From Balanoglossus misakiensis (lineage: Eukaryota; Animalia; Hemichordata): 64,000 bases of DNA. A program made the position numbers and the translations under genes. Positions 1-12,800 of the stretch are shown here, one piece after another. The stretch lies in contig CM082582.2 in assembly GCA_040954595.2 (NCBI GenBank), positions 1,720,303 through 1,784,302 on the forward strand. The letters are read 5' to 3'. Positions within the stretch are counted from its first letter, which is position 1. Each line of letters opens with the position of its first letter. Below the pieces are notes generated by a model. It made no database searches. It saw only the letters and a program-made list of their open reading frames with translations, and was not told where the DNA came from.

Positions 1-3000
1 TTTGAAAAAAAAATCACGGGTTCGTCGATTTTTTAGAAAAACATGGGTGAAAACCATCAAAAAATGACATTTTCGACTGCAAAATCTCAAAATTTCGTCG
101 ATTTTTGAAAAAAAACATGCGTTCGTCGATTTTTGAAAAAAAAAAAACATTGGTGAAAATCATCAAAAAACTAAACATTTTTGACTGCAAAATCTCAAAA
201 TTTCGTCGATTTTTGAAAAAAAAATCATGGGTGAAAATCATCAAAAAAATGACAAATTTTTGATTTTGCAAAATCTCAAAATTTCGTCGATTTTGAAAAA
301 AAACATGGGTTCGTCGATTTTTGAAAAAAAAAAACATGGGTGAAAATCATCAAAAAATGAAACATTTTAGACTTTGCAAAATCTCAAAATTTCGTCGATT
401 TTGAAAAAAATCATGGGTTCGTTGATTTTTTTAAAAAAACATGGGTGAAAATCATCAAAAATTTACAAATTTTCGACTGCAAAATCTCAAAATTTCGTCG
501 ATTTTTGAAAAAAAAATCATGGGTGAAAATCCTCAAAAAAACGACAAATTTTTGATTTTGCAAAATTTCAAAATTTCGTCGATTTTGAAAAAAAAATCAT
601 GGGTTCGTCGATTGTTTAAAAAAAACATGGGTGAAAATCAACAAAATGACAAATTTTCGACTGCAAAATCTCAAAATTTCGTCGATTTTTGAAAAAAAAA
701 TCATTGGCTATAGCTCATGAAAATCATCAACAAATGTCAAATTTTCAACTTTGCGAAATCTCAAAATATCGTCGATTTTTGAAAAAAAACATGGGTTCGT
801 CGATTTTTGAAAAAAAACATGGGTGAAAATCATCAAAAAATGACAAATTTTCGACTTTGCAAAATCTCAAAATTTCGTCGATTTTGAAAAAAATTATGGG
901 TTCGTCGATTTTTGAAAAAAATCATGGGTGAAAATCATCAAAAAATTACAAATTTTCGACTTTGCAAAATCTTAAAATTTTGTCGATTTTGAAAAAAAAA
1001 TCACGGGTTCGTCGATTTTTTAGAAAAACATGGGTGAAAACCATCAAAAAATGACATTTTCGACTGCAAAATCTCAAAATTTCGTCGATTTTTGAAAAAA
1101 AACATGCGTTCGTCGATTTTTGAAAAAAAAAAAACATTGGTGAAAATCATCAAAAAACTAAACATTTTTGACTGCAAAATCTCAAAATTTCGTCGATTTT
1201 TGAAAAAAAAATCATGGGTGAAAATCATCAAAAAAATGACAAATTTTTGATTTTGCAAAATCTCAAAATTTCGTCGATTTTGAAAAAAAACATGGGTTCG
1301 TCGATTTTTGAAAAAAAAAAACATGGGTGAAAATCATCAAAAAATGAAACATTTTAGACTTTGCAAAATCTCAAAATTTCGTCGATTTTGAAAAAAATCA
1401 TGGGTTCGTTGATTTTTTTAAAAAAACATGGGTGAAAATCATCAAAAATTTACAAATTTTCGACTGCAAAATCTCAAAATTTCGTCGATTTTTGAAAAAA
1501 AAATCATGGGTGAAAATCCTCAAAAAAACGACAAATTTTTGATTTTGCAAAATTTCAAAATTTCGTCGATTTTGAAAAAAAAATCATGGGTTCGTCGATT
1601 GTTTAAAAAAAACATGGGTGAAAATCAACAAAATGACAAATTTTCGACTGCAAAATCTCAAAATTTCGTCGATTTTTGAAAAAAAAATCATAGGCTATAG
1701 CTCATGAAAATCATCAACAAATGTCAAATTTTCAACTTTGCGAAATCTCAAAATATCGTCGATTTTTTAAAAAAAAACATGGGTTCGTCGATTTTTGAAA
1801 AAAAACATGGGTGAAAATCATCAAAAAATGACAAATTTTCGACTTTGCAAAATCTCAAAATTTCGTCGATTTTGAAAAAAATTATGGGTTCGTCGATTTT
1901 TGAAAAAAATCATGGGTGAAAATCATCAAAAAATGACAAATTTTCGACTTTGCAAAAATCTCAAAATTTCGTCGAATTTTGAAAAAAAATTATGGGTTCG
2001 TTGATTTTTGAAAAAAAACATGGGTGAAAATCATCAAAAAATTACAAATTTTCGACTTTGCAAAATCTTAAAATTTTGTCGATTTTTGAAAAAAAATCAT
2101 GGGTGAAAATCATCAAAAAAATGACAAATTTTTGATTTTGCAAAATCTCAAAATTTCGTCGATTTTGAAAAAAAATCACGGGTTCCTCGATTTTTTAGAA
2201 AAACATGGGTGAAAACCATCAAAAAATGACAAATTTTCGACTGCAAAATCTCAAAATTTCGTCGATTTTTGAAAAAAAACATGCGTTCGTCGATTTTTGA
2301 AAAAAAAAAACATTGGTGAAAATCATCAAAAAATGAAACATTTTTGACTGCAAAATCTCAAAATTTTGTCGATTTTTGAAAAAAAAATCATGGGTGAAAA
2401 TCATCAAAAAAATGACAAATTTTGGATTTTGCAAAATCTCAAAATTTCGTCGATTTTGAAAAAAAACATGGGTTCGTCGATTTTTGAAAAAAAAAAACAT
2501 GGGTGAAAATCATCAAAAAATGAAACATTTTAGACTTTGCAAAATCTCAAAATTTCGTCGATTTTGAAAAAAATCATGGGTTCGTTGATTTTTTTAAAAA
2601 AAACGGGTGAAAATCATCAAAAATTTACAAATTTTCGACTGCAAAATCTCAAAATTTCGTCGATTTTTGAAAAAAAAATCATGGGTGAAAATCCTCAAAA
2701 AAACGACAAATTTTTGATTTTGCAAAATTTCAAAATTTCGTCGATTTTGAAAAAAAATCATGGGTTCGTTGATTTTTTTAAAAAAACATGGGTGAAAATC
2801 ATCAAAAAATGAAAAATTTTCGACTTTGCAAAATCTCAAAATTTCGTCGATTTTGAAAAAAATTATGGGTTCGTCGATTTTTGAAAAAAAATCATGGGTG
2901 AAAATCATCAAAAAATGACAAATTTTCGATTTTGCAAAATCTCAAAAGTTCGTCGATTTTGAAAAAAAAATCATGGGTTCGTCGATTGAAAAAAACATGG

Positions 3001-4096
3001 GTGAAAATCAACAAAATGACAAATTTTCGACTGCAAAATCTCAAAATTTCGTCGATTTTTGAAAATAAAATCATAGGCTATAGCTCATGAAAATCATCAA
3101 CAAATGTCAAATTTTCAACTTTGCGAAATCTCAAAATATCGTCGATTTTTGAAAAAAAAAACATGTGTTCGTCGATTTTTGAAAAAAAAAAACATGGGTG
3201 AAAATCATCAAAAAATGACAAATTTTCGACTTTGCAAAATCTCAAAATTTCGTCGATTTTGAAAAAAAATATGGGTTCGTCGATTTTTGAAAAAATCATG
3301 GGTGAAAATCATCAAAAAATGACAAATTTTCGATTTTGCAAAATCTCAAAAGTTCGTCGATTTTGAAAAAAAAATCATGGGTTCGTCGATTGTTTAAAAA
3401 AAACATGGGTGAAAATCAACAAAATGACAAATTTTCGACTGCAAAATCTCAAAATTTCGTCGATTTTTGAAAAAAAAATCATAGGCTATAGCTCATGAAA
3501 ATCATCAACAAATGTCAAATTTTCAACTTTGCGAAATCTCAAAATATCGTCGATTTTTGAAAAAAAAAACATGTGTTCGTCGATTTTTGAAAAAAAAAAA
3601 AACATGGGTGAAAATCATCAAAAAATGACAAATTTTCGACTGCAAAATCTCAAAATTTCGTCGATTTTTGAAAAAAAATCATGGGTGAAAATCATCAAAA
3701 AAATGACAAATTTTTGATTTTGCAAAATCTCAAAATTTCGTCGATTTTGAAAAAAATCACGGGTTCGTCGATTTTTTAAAAAAACATGGGTGAAAATCAT
3801 CAAAAAATGAAACATTTTAGACTGCAAAATCTCAAAATTTCGTCGATTTTGAAAAAAATTATGGGTTCGTCGACTTTTAAAAAAAAATCATGGGTGAAAA
3901 TCATCAAAAAATGACAAATTTTCGAGTTTGCAAAATCTCAAAATTTCGTAGATTTTTGAAAAAAATCATGGGTGAAAATCATCAAAAAATGAAAAATTTT
4001 CGACTTTGCAAAATCTCAAAATTTCGTCGATTTTGAAAAAAATCATGGGTTCGTCGATTTTTGAAAAAAAAACATCGGTGAAAATCATCAAAAAAC
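1..4096. repeat. Satellite A: AT-rich tandem array of a long (~77 bp) and a short (~28 bp) unit, with a 987-bp higher-order repeat; runs off the left edge
   Basis: Recurrent CATGGGTGAAAATCATCAAAAAATGACAAATTTTCGACTTTGCAAAATCTCAAAATTTCGTCGATTTTTG(A)n and CATGGGTTCGTCGATTTTTG(A)n. Identical spurious ORFs at 14/1001 and 441/1428 give the 987-bp period. Confidence 0.97.
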
Positions 4097-4140
4097 ATAG
4101 GTACTTGACTCAGAGTAAACAAGATTGTGTAATTGATACA

Positions 4141-4557
4141 TGTCAGAACGAGATAGAGATATCACGCGCTAAGTTCATGTTTAAGAAATATTAAGATGAC
4201 GTGTTCCTTTTATGACATAATACTTGACTAACGTATTAATAAGAGGTGGTGAAATTTGATATCACATTATTATCACCGGAGATCCGTGACGGGAGTCAAC
4301 GAGCATGGATAGAGTCGTGTAATTCTTACGTGTGACCAGTAATAAACCAGAACTATTTGTGTTACTCGGAAAACTTGTTGTAAGTCTCGTTATGCCTCTC
4401 GTTAAGTTTACGATATGCCGGGTACCTCTCTCTGACTCTATGAATATGTTGGGTGGAGAAGGAGAGGGAGAGAATTTACACTCTCACCCTTCGGACGTGG
4501 CTGATTCCCCAAAGAAGCCCCGATGAGGTAAACGTCCGAAGGATGGCGGGCGTAACA
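4141..4557 (+). mobile_element. Possible solo or partial LTR abutting satellite A
   Basis: Starts TGTCA and ends GGGCGTAACA. AATAAA at 4341 is followed by a GT-rich tract. No matching TSD seen and the left boundary is uncertain. Confidence 0.3.
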
Positions 4558-5081
4558 AAACTACAGTGTTCGCAACATGACCTCAGGTCCGCCGCAGGTT
4601 TTGCATGTTACAGCAGAAAACATCTCCGTCAGACCACTAAAAGTAATACCTTTCGGACATAAATTATTTATCTTGAAAGATATTGCTGTATGCAAATTTC
4701 ATCTCCGGATTGCTATCGGCGAATCATACCGAGGCTGTCGTCGCTATAGTTGGGACAGACAGTCGAGACCCATATTGTATTGTAAGGAAAGTTTTAGACG
4801 CAACTTAATCAAAGCAGGTATAGTTAGCAGAGCAGATTAAGTTAGCAGAGGAGTGTCGGTATCGTCCACCGTAAACAGGTGTATTCCTATCGGATTTCAA
4901 GCGACAGTCAATTCCACTGGTCATCGATGTTTTTCTCCAAGGTGTTTGAAATACGTCTGTTCGATAGAGTCGTTGTTCCAAAATATGCACGGATGCACGG
5001 AATGCGACCACATCTGGTTGTTGACAACAAACTAAGGTAGATTATGACTATAATCCCAACTGTCTCCTGTGTGACACACTC

Positions 5082-6976
5082 CTGTTGTGATTATTGCTGG
5101 AATAGGCAATGTTTTAATCTGCCTGCAAAGACTCGTGTGACAAAGATTGTCGGCCAGTCAACATCACCAACGATATTAACAATATAAAATAAATAAAATT
5201 TCAACGATTCAACTTCTTTTCTAGCTTCCTATCTGGATAGTTTGTTTTTTTTACTCTAAAGATCGCCTTTCTTCCAGGCCACGTGGCAAGAGACGTTTTC
5301 AACTTCTACTATGATCGATGCGAGAGTACTATAGTATTCTCATATACACAGACAAAGGCCACCAAAATAAGAGAATCATTTGGTCAAATGGTAGAGGGCG
5401 CAAAAACAGATATTTCAAATGACAAAATTTTCCGATAAACGTGTTTAATCAAATCAAACTGTGCTCAATGGTATGCTTGCAAAAATTGAATACAAATGAA
5501 ACAAAACACAGCAACTGCCATGAACAAGAAGTTTATTCATGTCAAAATTCATTTTTTTTGAATCATTGATTTCAATTATCAGCTGAAAACTAAAATTAGA
5601 TTGTCATCTTGAACAGTATAAAATCAGCGAGCCATTAGACATTAAGTACCCAGCATACTAAAATAAAACCATGTAAACATGCACAATTAGATAATCAAAT
5701 AATTTTTATTTATTCACCATGATGTTTTTAATGTATGTCAAGTCAAAGTACTTGAAGTTATGGACGATCAATTAAAATAGAAAACTGTAATTTTAATGGC
5801 TGGGTAATGTATCCAATTTCTGCCCAATATATGAAATTTCCGAGTTAGCAACTGAAGAATTCGTGGGGAAAATAGTTACGTGATGTGTAACAGAATTCAC
5901 TTGGAAGTAAGGAGTTTTTGTAAAATCAACATGCATATTACAATTTATTTGTAAAAACTTGATTGGCAATGGAAAATTGGCGTTTAAATATATAGTACTT
6001 CAAGATGAACAGATAAAATATAAGTTATTACAGATGTCATTTTACGACAACAAGGAATGGTAAATCGTTCTTTAATATCTTTAAAGATGCCAGGTCAAAG
6101 GTCACCTTTGCAAATTCAACCACTGGTACCATAGCCATTTCAAATGTAGCCAAAAGTGCGCCACCACTTTCTTCAAACATACTGAAACCATCTACAGGTT
6201 ACCGTAGTCCTATATCTCTTGGCATCCATGGCAGTTTAGCTAGTCATGAGCTGGCAAGGGGTGACCTGTAAGCTTTAAACTCTGGCTTCGGTAATGTCGA
6301 CTCTGGCTCTGGCATATACTTGCAGGTCCATATGACCTTGGGGTGAACATGGTCATGAAGAAATAAATAGAATCTGTTTGGTGCATTGTCAACTTCATTT
6401 TATAGTTTCAAAAAATTACAATATGATGAGTAATATTGTTGTTGTTTTCAAAGAGACTCACCACACACTTTAGTAAATCAATGACTTGAAAAAGTTTTGA
6501 GGACTATCATTTGTCTGAATCTCGGACCGCGAGGCACATACTACCTTAAATAGTTTCACTCGCAGCTTCTTGTGGGCAGTTTCTCCTTGCGTACCTGTAC
6601 AGACACACCAGGAGGCCGTTCCCGATGAACAACTCAACCCACATGAAAACATTCAAGCGTCTGGTCACACCCATTTCCGTCAAACAAGAACATGAATGAA
6701 ACTGCGGAGGAAGAGAACGGGAGAGTGCCCATTAACCCTGTAATGACCAATCATTTACTGGAACAAGGTTCAGGATGTACGATCACTGGAGTTGAAAATA
6801 AGGTCATGGATTTGAAAATTATTTTGAGTTATGAAATTGAAAATACATATTTTTCATTGTGGATTCTCCGACATAAATATTATCAAAAACACTAAGGGTT
6901 GTCTTTTTAATTTATGACATATAACGCCATGAATCTAGCCCATTAATACAAAGGCAATACTAAAACACATTTCGGG
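5082..6976 (+). repeat. ~1.9-kb direct repeat, copy 1 (homology ends at a LINE fragment)
   Basis: Colinear with 15489-17382 from CTGTTGTGATTATTGCTGG to ACACATTTCGGG. Near-identical spurious ORFs at 6470/16877 and 6692/17099. Confidence 0.95.
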
Positions 6977-7400
6977 TGCAACGAGCTAAAGTTCATAATA
7001 TCCTTTGTGACAAAATTGTAACTTATGCTAATGTCTCGTTTCAGTTCAAAGATCAAACGCAGTGCATTGTGATAAGCAATTTTCAGATTTGACATGCATT
7101 TGGTGTTATAGTTACACCACACATTCATACAATACATACTGTACAGGAAACTCTTAAAGGGCGTACATTTCACACGTTGTGAACAATGACTAAATCTACG
7201 TATGAGCATATTGGCTCTAGCGTACACACAACGAAGTTGTCTTTGAATGTCCGCATTGTCATCACCAGAGGAAGACACAATATAACCAAGGTACTTCTTA
7301 GTATCCACAAAGTTTAGACTTTTACCATAAAGATACACATTTGGGACTCTAACTGGGTTCCATGACTTTGGAAAAATTGCCATACATTCGGTTTTTATGA
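6977..7400 (-). mobile_element. Non-LTR retrotransposon (LINE) ORF2 fragment, RT thumb/C-terminal region, possibly RTE-X-like
   Basis: ORF 6943..7572(-) contains KTECM...KYLGYIVSSSGDDNADIQRQLRCVYARANMLIRRFSHCSQRVKCTPFKSFLYSMYCMNVW, the usual post-YADD LINE pattern (KT, KYLG, Y...W). The clade call is from memory only. Confidence 0.8.
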
Positions 7401-7787
7401 GTGCATATGCAAGTTTTAACCAGATAAATAATAAAGCTTTGCCGCAAGCGATTATGGCCGCCACCGTGGGAAAATGCAAGAAACAATGAAAATGTTGCAT
7501 TTCCGGTTGTGAAACTTCATAAACAAAACATGATCTCATCCACTTGAGCTCATGGAAGTAAATGTACACCACTGAGACATCAGATTTTCATTTTTCATTG
7601 CAATATTGCGCTTTTTTTAAAATTGCAGGAATTTTCGTTTTTCTTTAATTTTTGGCCATTTTGTCATAAATAAGTGTTGAGCTTGATATATTATCATGAA
7701 ATAGCATTTAATAGACATAATTAAAAGCATATATGAGATTATTTAAAACTTTAATTTTTTATCCAGTTACAGCTTACGTGCCTTTAA
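7400..7787. mobile_element. Possible right part of a TTAA-type (Kolobok-like) non-autonomous element
   Basis: Ends ...ACGTGCCT followed by TTAA (7784-7787), the same CCT|TTAA terminus as the MITEs ending at 18330 and 29891. No left TIR found. Confidence 0.3.
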
Positions 7788-8450
7788 TTATATCATCCAA
7801 CCACTGGCGCCCGTCAACATTTGATAGATCACTCGTTATCCATTTGTTACTAAGCGACCTCGATCGTTGCCAAGACTACTATCTTTCAGCTCAGCAAGAC
7901 TTGCTCGACTGTCCCCGAGCGTTGTATTTTAGATCGACGCCCTGGTCTCCCGGCTAAGATTGTCAATATATACGCCGCATGTTGCCAGCCAGGGCCCCGA
8001 CTGACATTCCCTCTGAATATACACACCCCTCTATTGAAAATGGAACATTCCTGCAAGCAAAGCATGTTGTACTTGCTTACATCAGCTGTAGTGACTTGTG
8101 TAGACCCCCAGCGCGCGGCCTCTACTGTTTGTATATGGTCTGTCACAGTCCCCGGGAGTAACTGTCATGACAGAAATCGGTTTGTCAACGGCAAAACGGA
8201 GATAAGGTGTTTTTTCCGAATATAGAATATTCAATTCTGTTTGATTCGGTCATGCCCAAAGTGTGCGTAGCTGTCGTCCTCTGACAACGCTCCCTCATAT
8301 TTCATGCGGAGAACCTAAGTAGGTTCAAGCCAAGTTTTAATAGTTGGGCTAAGGTCTTCCCTGATAAGTGTTGAAATGTTTGGGGTGTTACTGTCCGGGC
8401 TGTAACGACTTGGGTCGTGGAAAATGGGGGCTGAAACGACTGGGGCCGAA

Positions 8451-8506
8451 AGGGTCAGAGTGCCGGAACGACCTGTTTAAACATGTCGTTCCAGCACTAT
8501 GACCCT
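8451..8506. repeat. 56-bp spacerless imperfect palindrome
   Basis: AGGGTCAGAGTGCCGGAACGACCTGTTT|AAACATGTCGTTCCAGCACTATGACCCT; the 28-bp arms differ at 3 positions. Confidence 0.9.
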
Positions 8507-9459
8507 AAAGTGTTACCTAAGATAGTGTCCAGCGTCTAGCCGTTATTGAAATTATAGACCCTGCAGCGAGACTGAGCATGATTTGTTGTTGTCATGAAAC
8601 TCATCTCGTACTCCAGTCACTTTCATACAAAACGGCTATGAGTGTCCAATGGTCTTTGTTGAGACTGTTTGACATTGAATGGCATTGACCTCGCGGGAGG
8701 ATATCCTTCATGAATACAATGCAGGATATAATTTACATTGGCTAAGGGCTTTGAGGTGCACCAAATTAGTAATTTAGACACACCTTAATTATTACATGCC
8801 ACCCCAAACTTTTTTAAAGCAAGAAACAAAATTGCAGTGCTTTTCCAATGACGCTTTTTAAAATGTAGAATCAGATTGTTTTCTTGTCGCTCAGGTGTCC
8901 AAAATAAATATAGCTGTGATCAATTCCTACTTAAAGCAAACAAAAGTAAATTGAGTTGAATGGGCACGTCCGGCCCATATTTGACCCATTTCACATTTTT
9001 TCTTTCTTAGGCTGCATTCACAAACACCTCTGGAGGGGGGGGGGGGGGGATTCATCTTTTACCGCTAATTTTCACATGCCCCCCCCCCCCCTTTCACAAC
9101 CCGAAATATTTTGAAATCCCCCTTCCGAACTGCCAAAATTTTGAAATCCCCCCATTTTCTTTCACAGAGCAAAACTCATAACTCTGCTCAAGCGCTCCCA
9201 TGAAAAGAATTTGAAACTGATGTTTCCCCTCATCAGTGGGTATTAAAACTGAACATTGTTTTTATTTTTTAAGTATTTTGTATGATTATAATTAAAAAAT
9301 ATACAACTTAGCTAAAATGCTTAGATGAGTTAATCAGATTTTCAAAGTCCACCTAAAAGATCATTTAATCTTTCCAGGGTGCGGTTTATGTTGGAGATAG
9401 TATCAGTTAGGCTATTTCTCAGAAAATCAATGAACTATCTGCGGACACCCCGAATAATA

Positions 9460-9856
9460 TGTTACCACAACGCTAGCCAGGAAGCACATGGGACATTTCA
9501 CAATGAGGCAGTGAACACTGGGGGGGGACCAGACTGACACGTTAACCAATCAGGGAGCTGTATGGTGAATAAATACATATTAATAAGACCTAACCTACAA
9601 GGTCCTGCATAATGAGGCAGTGAACACTGGAGGACCAGACCTACACATTAACCAATCAGGGAGCTGTAAAGTGAATAATGCATTGTAATAAGACCTAACC
9701 TACAAGGTCTGGTGAATAATACATAGTAATAAGACCTAACACATAAGGTCCCTCCAATCAGCGAGCCGCAAGTGGACCTTAGAGAAGTGGATAAACCAAT
9801 CAGAACATGTAATACGTGTGCATAGGACCTGTAATGTAGGTCATTTTGAAACAGGA
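9460..9856. repeat. LTR-like fragment with internal ~109-bp repeats and several CCAATCAG boxes, fused to the truncated RT
   Basis: Begins TGTTAC. AATGAGGCAGTGAACACTGG occurs at 9502 and 9611, AATAAGACCTAAC three times and CCAATCAG four times. No similarity seen to the 13978-15274 LTR. Confidence 0.5.
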
Positions 9857-12800
9857 CTAGTTCACCATGACCAACCACATGACCCAGGAAATCGATCTGC
9901 TCATAACCCACATAACACTTAGTTGGTCTCGCTGTTAACTTTGCCTTACGTAGTCTGCTCATCAAATCTGTAATTGTCTTGATATGTTCTTCCCATGATG
10001 CAGTGTGGATCAGTATGTGATCGATATAGTTGTCTACGTTCTTCATATCTCTTAACAATCTTCTCATAATTCTGCTAAAAGTCGCAGCACTATTTACAAG
10101 TCCGAAAGGCATTTTGATAAATTGGTATAGCCCATCATGCGTGATAAATGCCGTCAATTGTTTAGAATTATCAGTCAACGGGACTTGCCAATATTCTTTG
10201 CTGAGATCTACTTTAGTGAAATAGTGATCCTTGGATAACTTAGCAAAAAGCAAAAAGCTCACTCAGGTCTGGTGTAGGCTCTGCATCAAACACTGTTATG
10301 CGATTGAGCTTTCTCATGTCAACACAACAACGATTGGACCCATCAGATTTCTTCACCGTTACCAGTGGAACAGCATATGGACTCTCTGAAGGTTCAGCTA
10401 CTCCCATCTTAATCATCGTTTTGACTTCATCTTTCACTGCTTCACGGAGTGCATGAGGGATGGGGTATGGCCTACTGCATACTGGTGTTGGATCCATCAA
10501 CTTGATGTCATGGAAACCCAGGTTGGTGTTACCACGAATATCAGTTAACATATCTTTGTAATTGATCAGCAACCTCCTCACCACTTGCTTCTGTATGTCT
10601 GACAAGTTGTCACATACATTCACATCTGCAGCAAATTCTTTCTGCTTGAATGCAGGAACCCGCAGTAAGTCATCGTTTACTTTAACCCCTGTGTTCTCTT
10701 GTACTTCTGAAGATTCATAACTCTGCTCATCTATCACAGATACACACACAATCTCAAGAAGTCCAGCTGATACTTCATCTAGCTGATCAGTTCTTCGATA
10801 GTACCTCTTCAACAGGTTGGCATGGAATGTTTTCACCCTATGACCAAAGTCAATCTTGTAATCCATATTGCTCGCTTTCTCCACCACTGGAAAAGGACCC
10901 TTCCAGTGCATAAGTAGTTTATTATGGTCAGTAGGTAGTAGCAATAACACCTCGTCACCTTTGTTGAACTTCCTCCATTTGGCCTTTCTATTGTAGTAGG
11001 ACTTGTATTTGCCTTGTGATATCTTCAGTTCTTGTCTTGCTAAATCGCATGCCTTCTTTAATTTCTTTTGAAGATCAAGGATGTATTGATAAGTCGTTTT
11101 GGTTTCTGGTTCACTGATCTCTCCAGTCCATAGTTCTTTCAATATAGCCATTGGACCACGCACACTCCTCCCATAAAGTAACTCAAACGGAGAGAATCCT
11201 GTGCTCGATTGAGGCGTTTCTCTGTAGGCAAATAGTAAAGCATTCAGATAACGATCCCAATATGTTGGACGTTCCTCACACATCTTCCTGAGCATGAGTT
11301 TCAATGTACCATTGAACCGTTCCACTAGACCATTGAATGCTGGGTGGTATGGGGTGGTAGTCATCTGCTTTATAGACAAAAGCCGGCTGACCTCACGCAT
11401 CACATCTGATGTAAATTGAGTTCCTTGATCTGTCAGAATTTCACGTGGACACCCCACTCTTGAGTAGATGTCCAGGAGCGCCTCTGCAACAGTCTTGGTA
11501 TCAATGTTAGTCAATGCAACAGACTCCGGATAGCGTGTTGCATAATCAACAACAGTAAGTATGTACCTATTCTTGCGTTCAGTGCATGGATGAATAGGGC
11601 CAACCAGGTCTACTGCAATACGTAGGAAAGGGATATCTATTAGTGGCATACTTCCAAGTGGTACCTTGGTCACCCGTCCCTTTGGTTGTGTCCGTTGACA
11701 TGAATCACAGGACTGACAGTAACGGGAAACATCTGATGTTAGCCCAGGCCAAACGAAGTTGCTGAGGATCTTGTCTGTGGTCTTGTGAGTTCCGTGGTGA
11801 CCACCCAGCACTGATTCATGGGCTAGTCTCATCACCTGGTTACGATACACTCTGGGAACCACCACCTGTAACAGCTTTTCACCAAATTGGACCATTGGCG
11901 AATTGAACTCTCTGTACAGGATCCCATCTTTCATGATGAACTTCAACCTACCTCCATTCCTAGTCACTTTCTCATCACCCAAAATTGCCTTCTCACGTAG
12001 TTTGTCAAGAGTGGAGTCTTCTTCTTGAGCTTGTTGAAGCTTCCCTGGCATCACCACTTCACCAACAGCTTTAGGTACTTTAAGCTCTCTGATTGGTTTT
12101 TGGTTGGCTATCTTCTGGGCTCTGGTCTCCACAGCATTTGCTAAACCTGGTACCTGTCCAACAGTTGTACACAGTCTACATGTCGGCAATGGTTCCTGCC
12201 ATGTAGTATCAGGATACGAAGGGTCAGATACACCATCAATGTTGCCCAGTATTAAATCATACACAGGGTTCATCATGCACAGTGCAGTAACATCACCAAC
12301 AAAGTAAGGGGTATCAACTTTTATTGAGGCTACAGGTACTCTTCTAATAGTCCCATCTATCAGAACACACGTCCTGTACTCACCAGTCAGCTGACTACTT
12401 GACACCAGACTTCTTCGAACTACCACGCTACTACACCCACTATCACGCAAAACGCTAACCAGCTTACCATCGACCAATCCCTTCATTACCGGCATCTTCT
12501 TCACTCCATGGGCACTACAAGCAGCACTCATCACTGGGAGCTTATGACCACATGGTAACACGAACTCCTTATTCAGTGTTGCATCTGTTTTATCTATTTC
12601 CATTGCTACCACCATACATGCATAACCAGTGTCTAGTCCCCTGGGCTGTTGACGGTTGCCCCAATGTGTACATTCTTGTTTAGGTGGATAGTTTCTATCT
12701 TCTTCAGTTAACAATACCGCCGTCTTATGCATCTTTGGCTTACATCTACAATCTTTGGCCATATGACCACCTTTACCACATACGAAGCACGTACCTTTAA

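Noticed and set aside
1-4096. CENP-B box in TTCGTCGA motifs
   Set aside because: The motif does not fit TTCG-N4-A-N2-CGGG.
4488-4542. Active hammerhead ribozyme
   Set aside because: The CUGANGA and GAAA core and the NUH cleavage triplet are not intact on either strand.
8278-8286. CCTCTGACA, the perfect inverse of the LTR start TGTCAGAGG, as a 3' LTR end
   Set aside because: There is no surrounding homology to 13978-15274; a 9-bp match is expected by chance in a window of this size.
9008-9160. Poly-G/poly-C segment as a MITE or G-quadruplex regulatory element
   Set aside because: No second TIR or TSD was found, and homopolymer runs alone are insufficient evidence.
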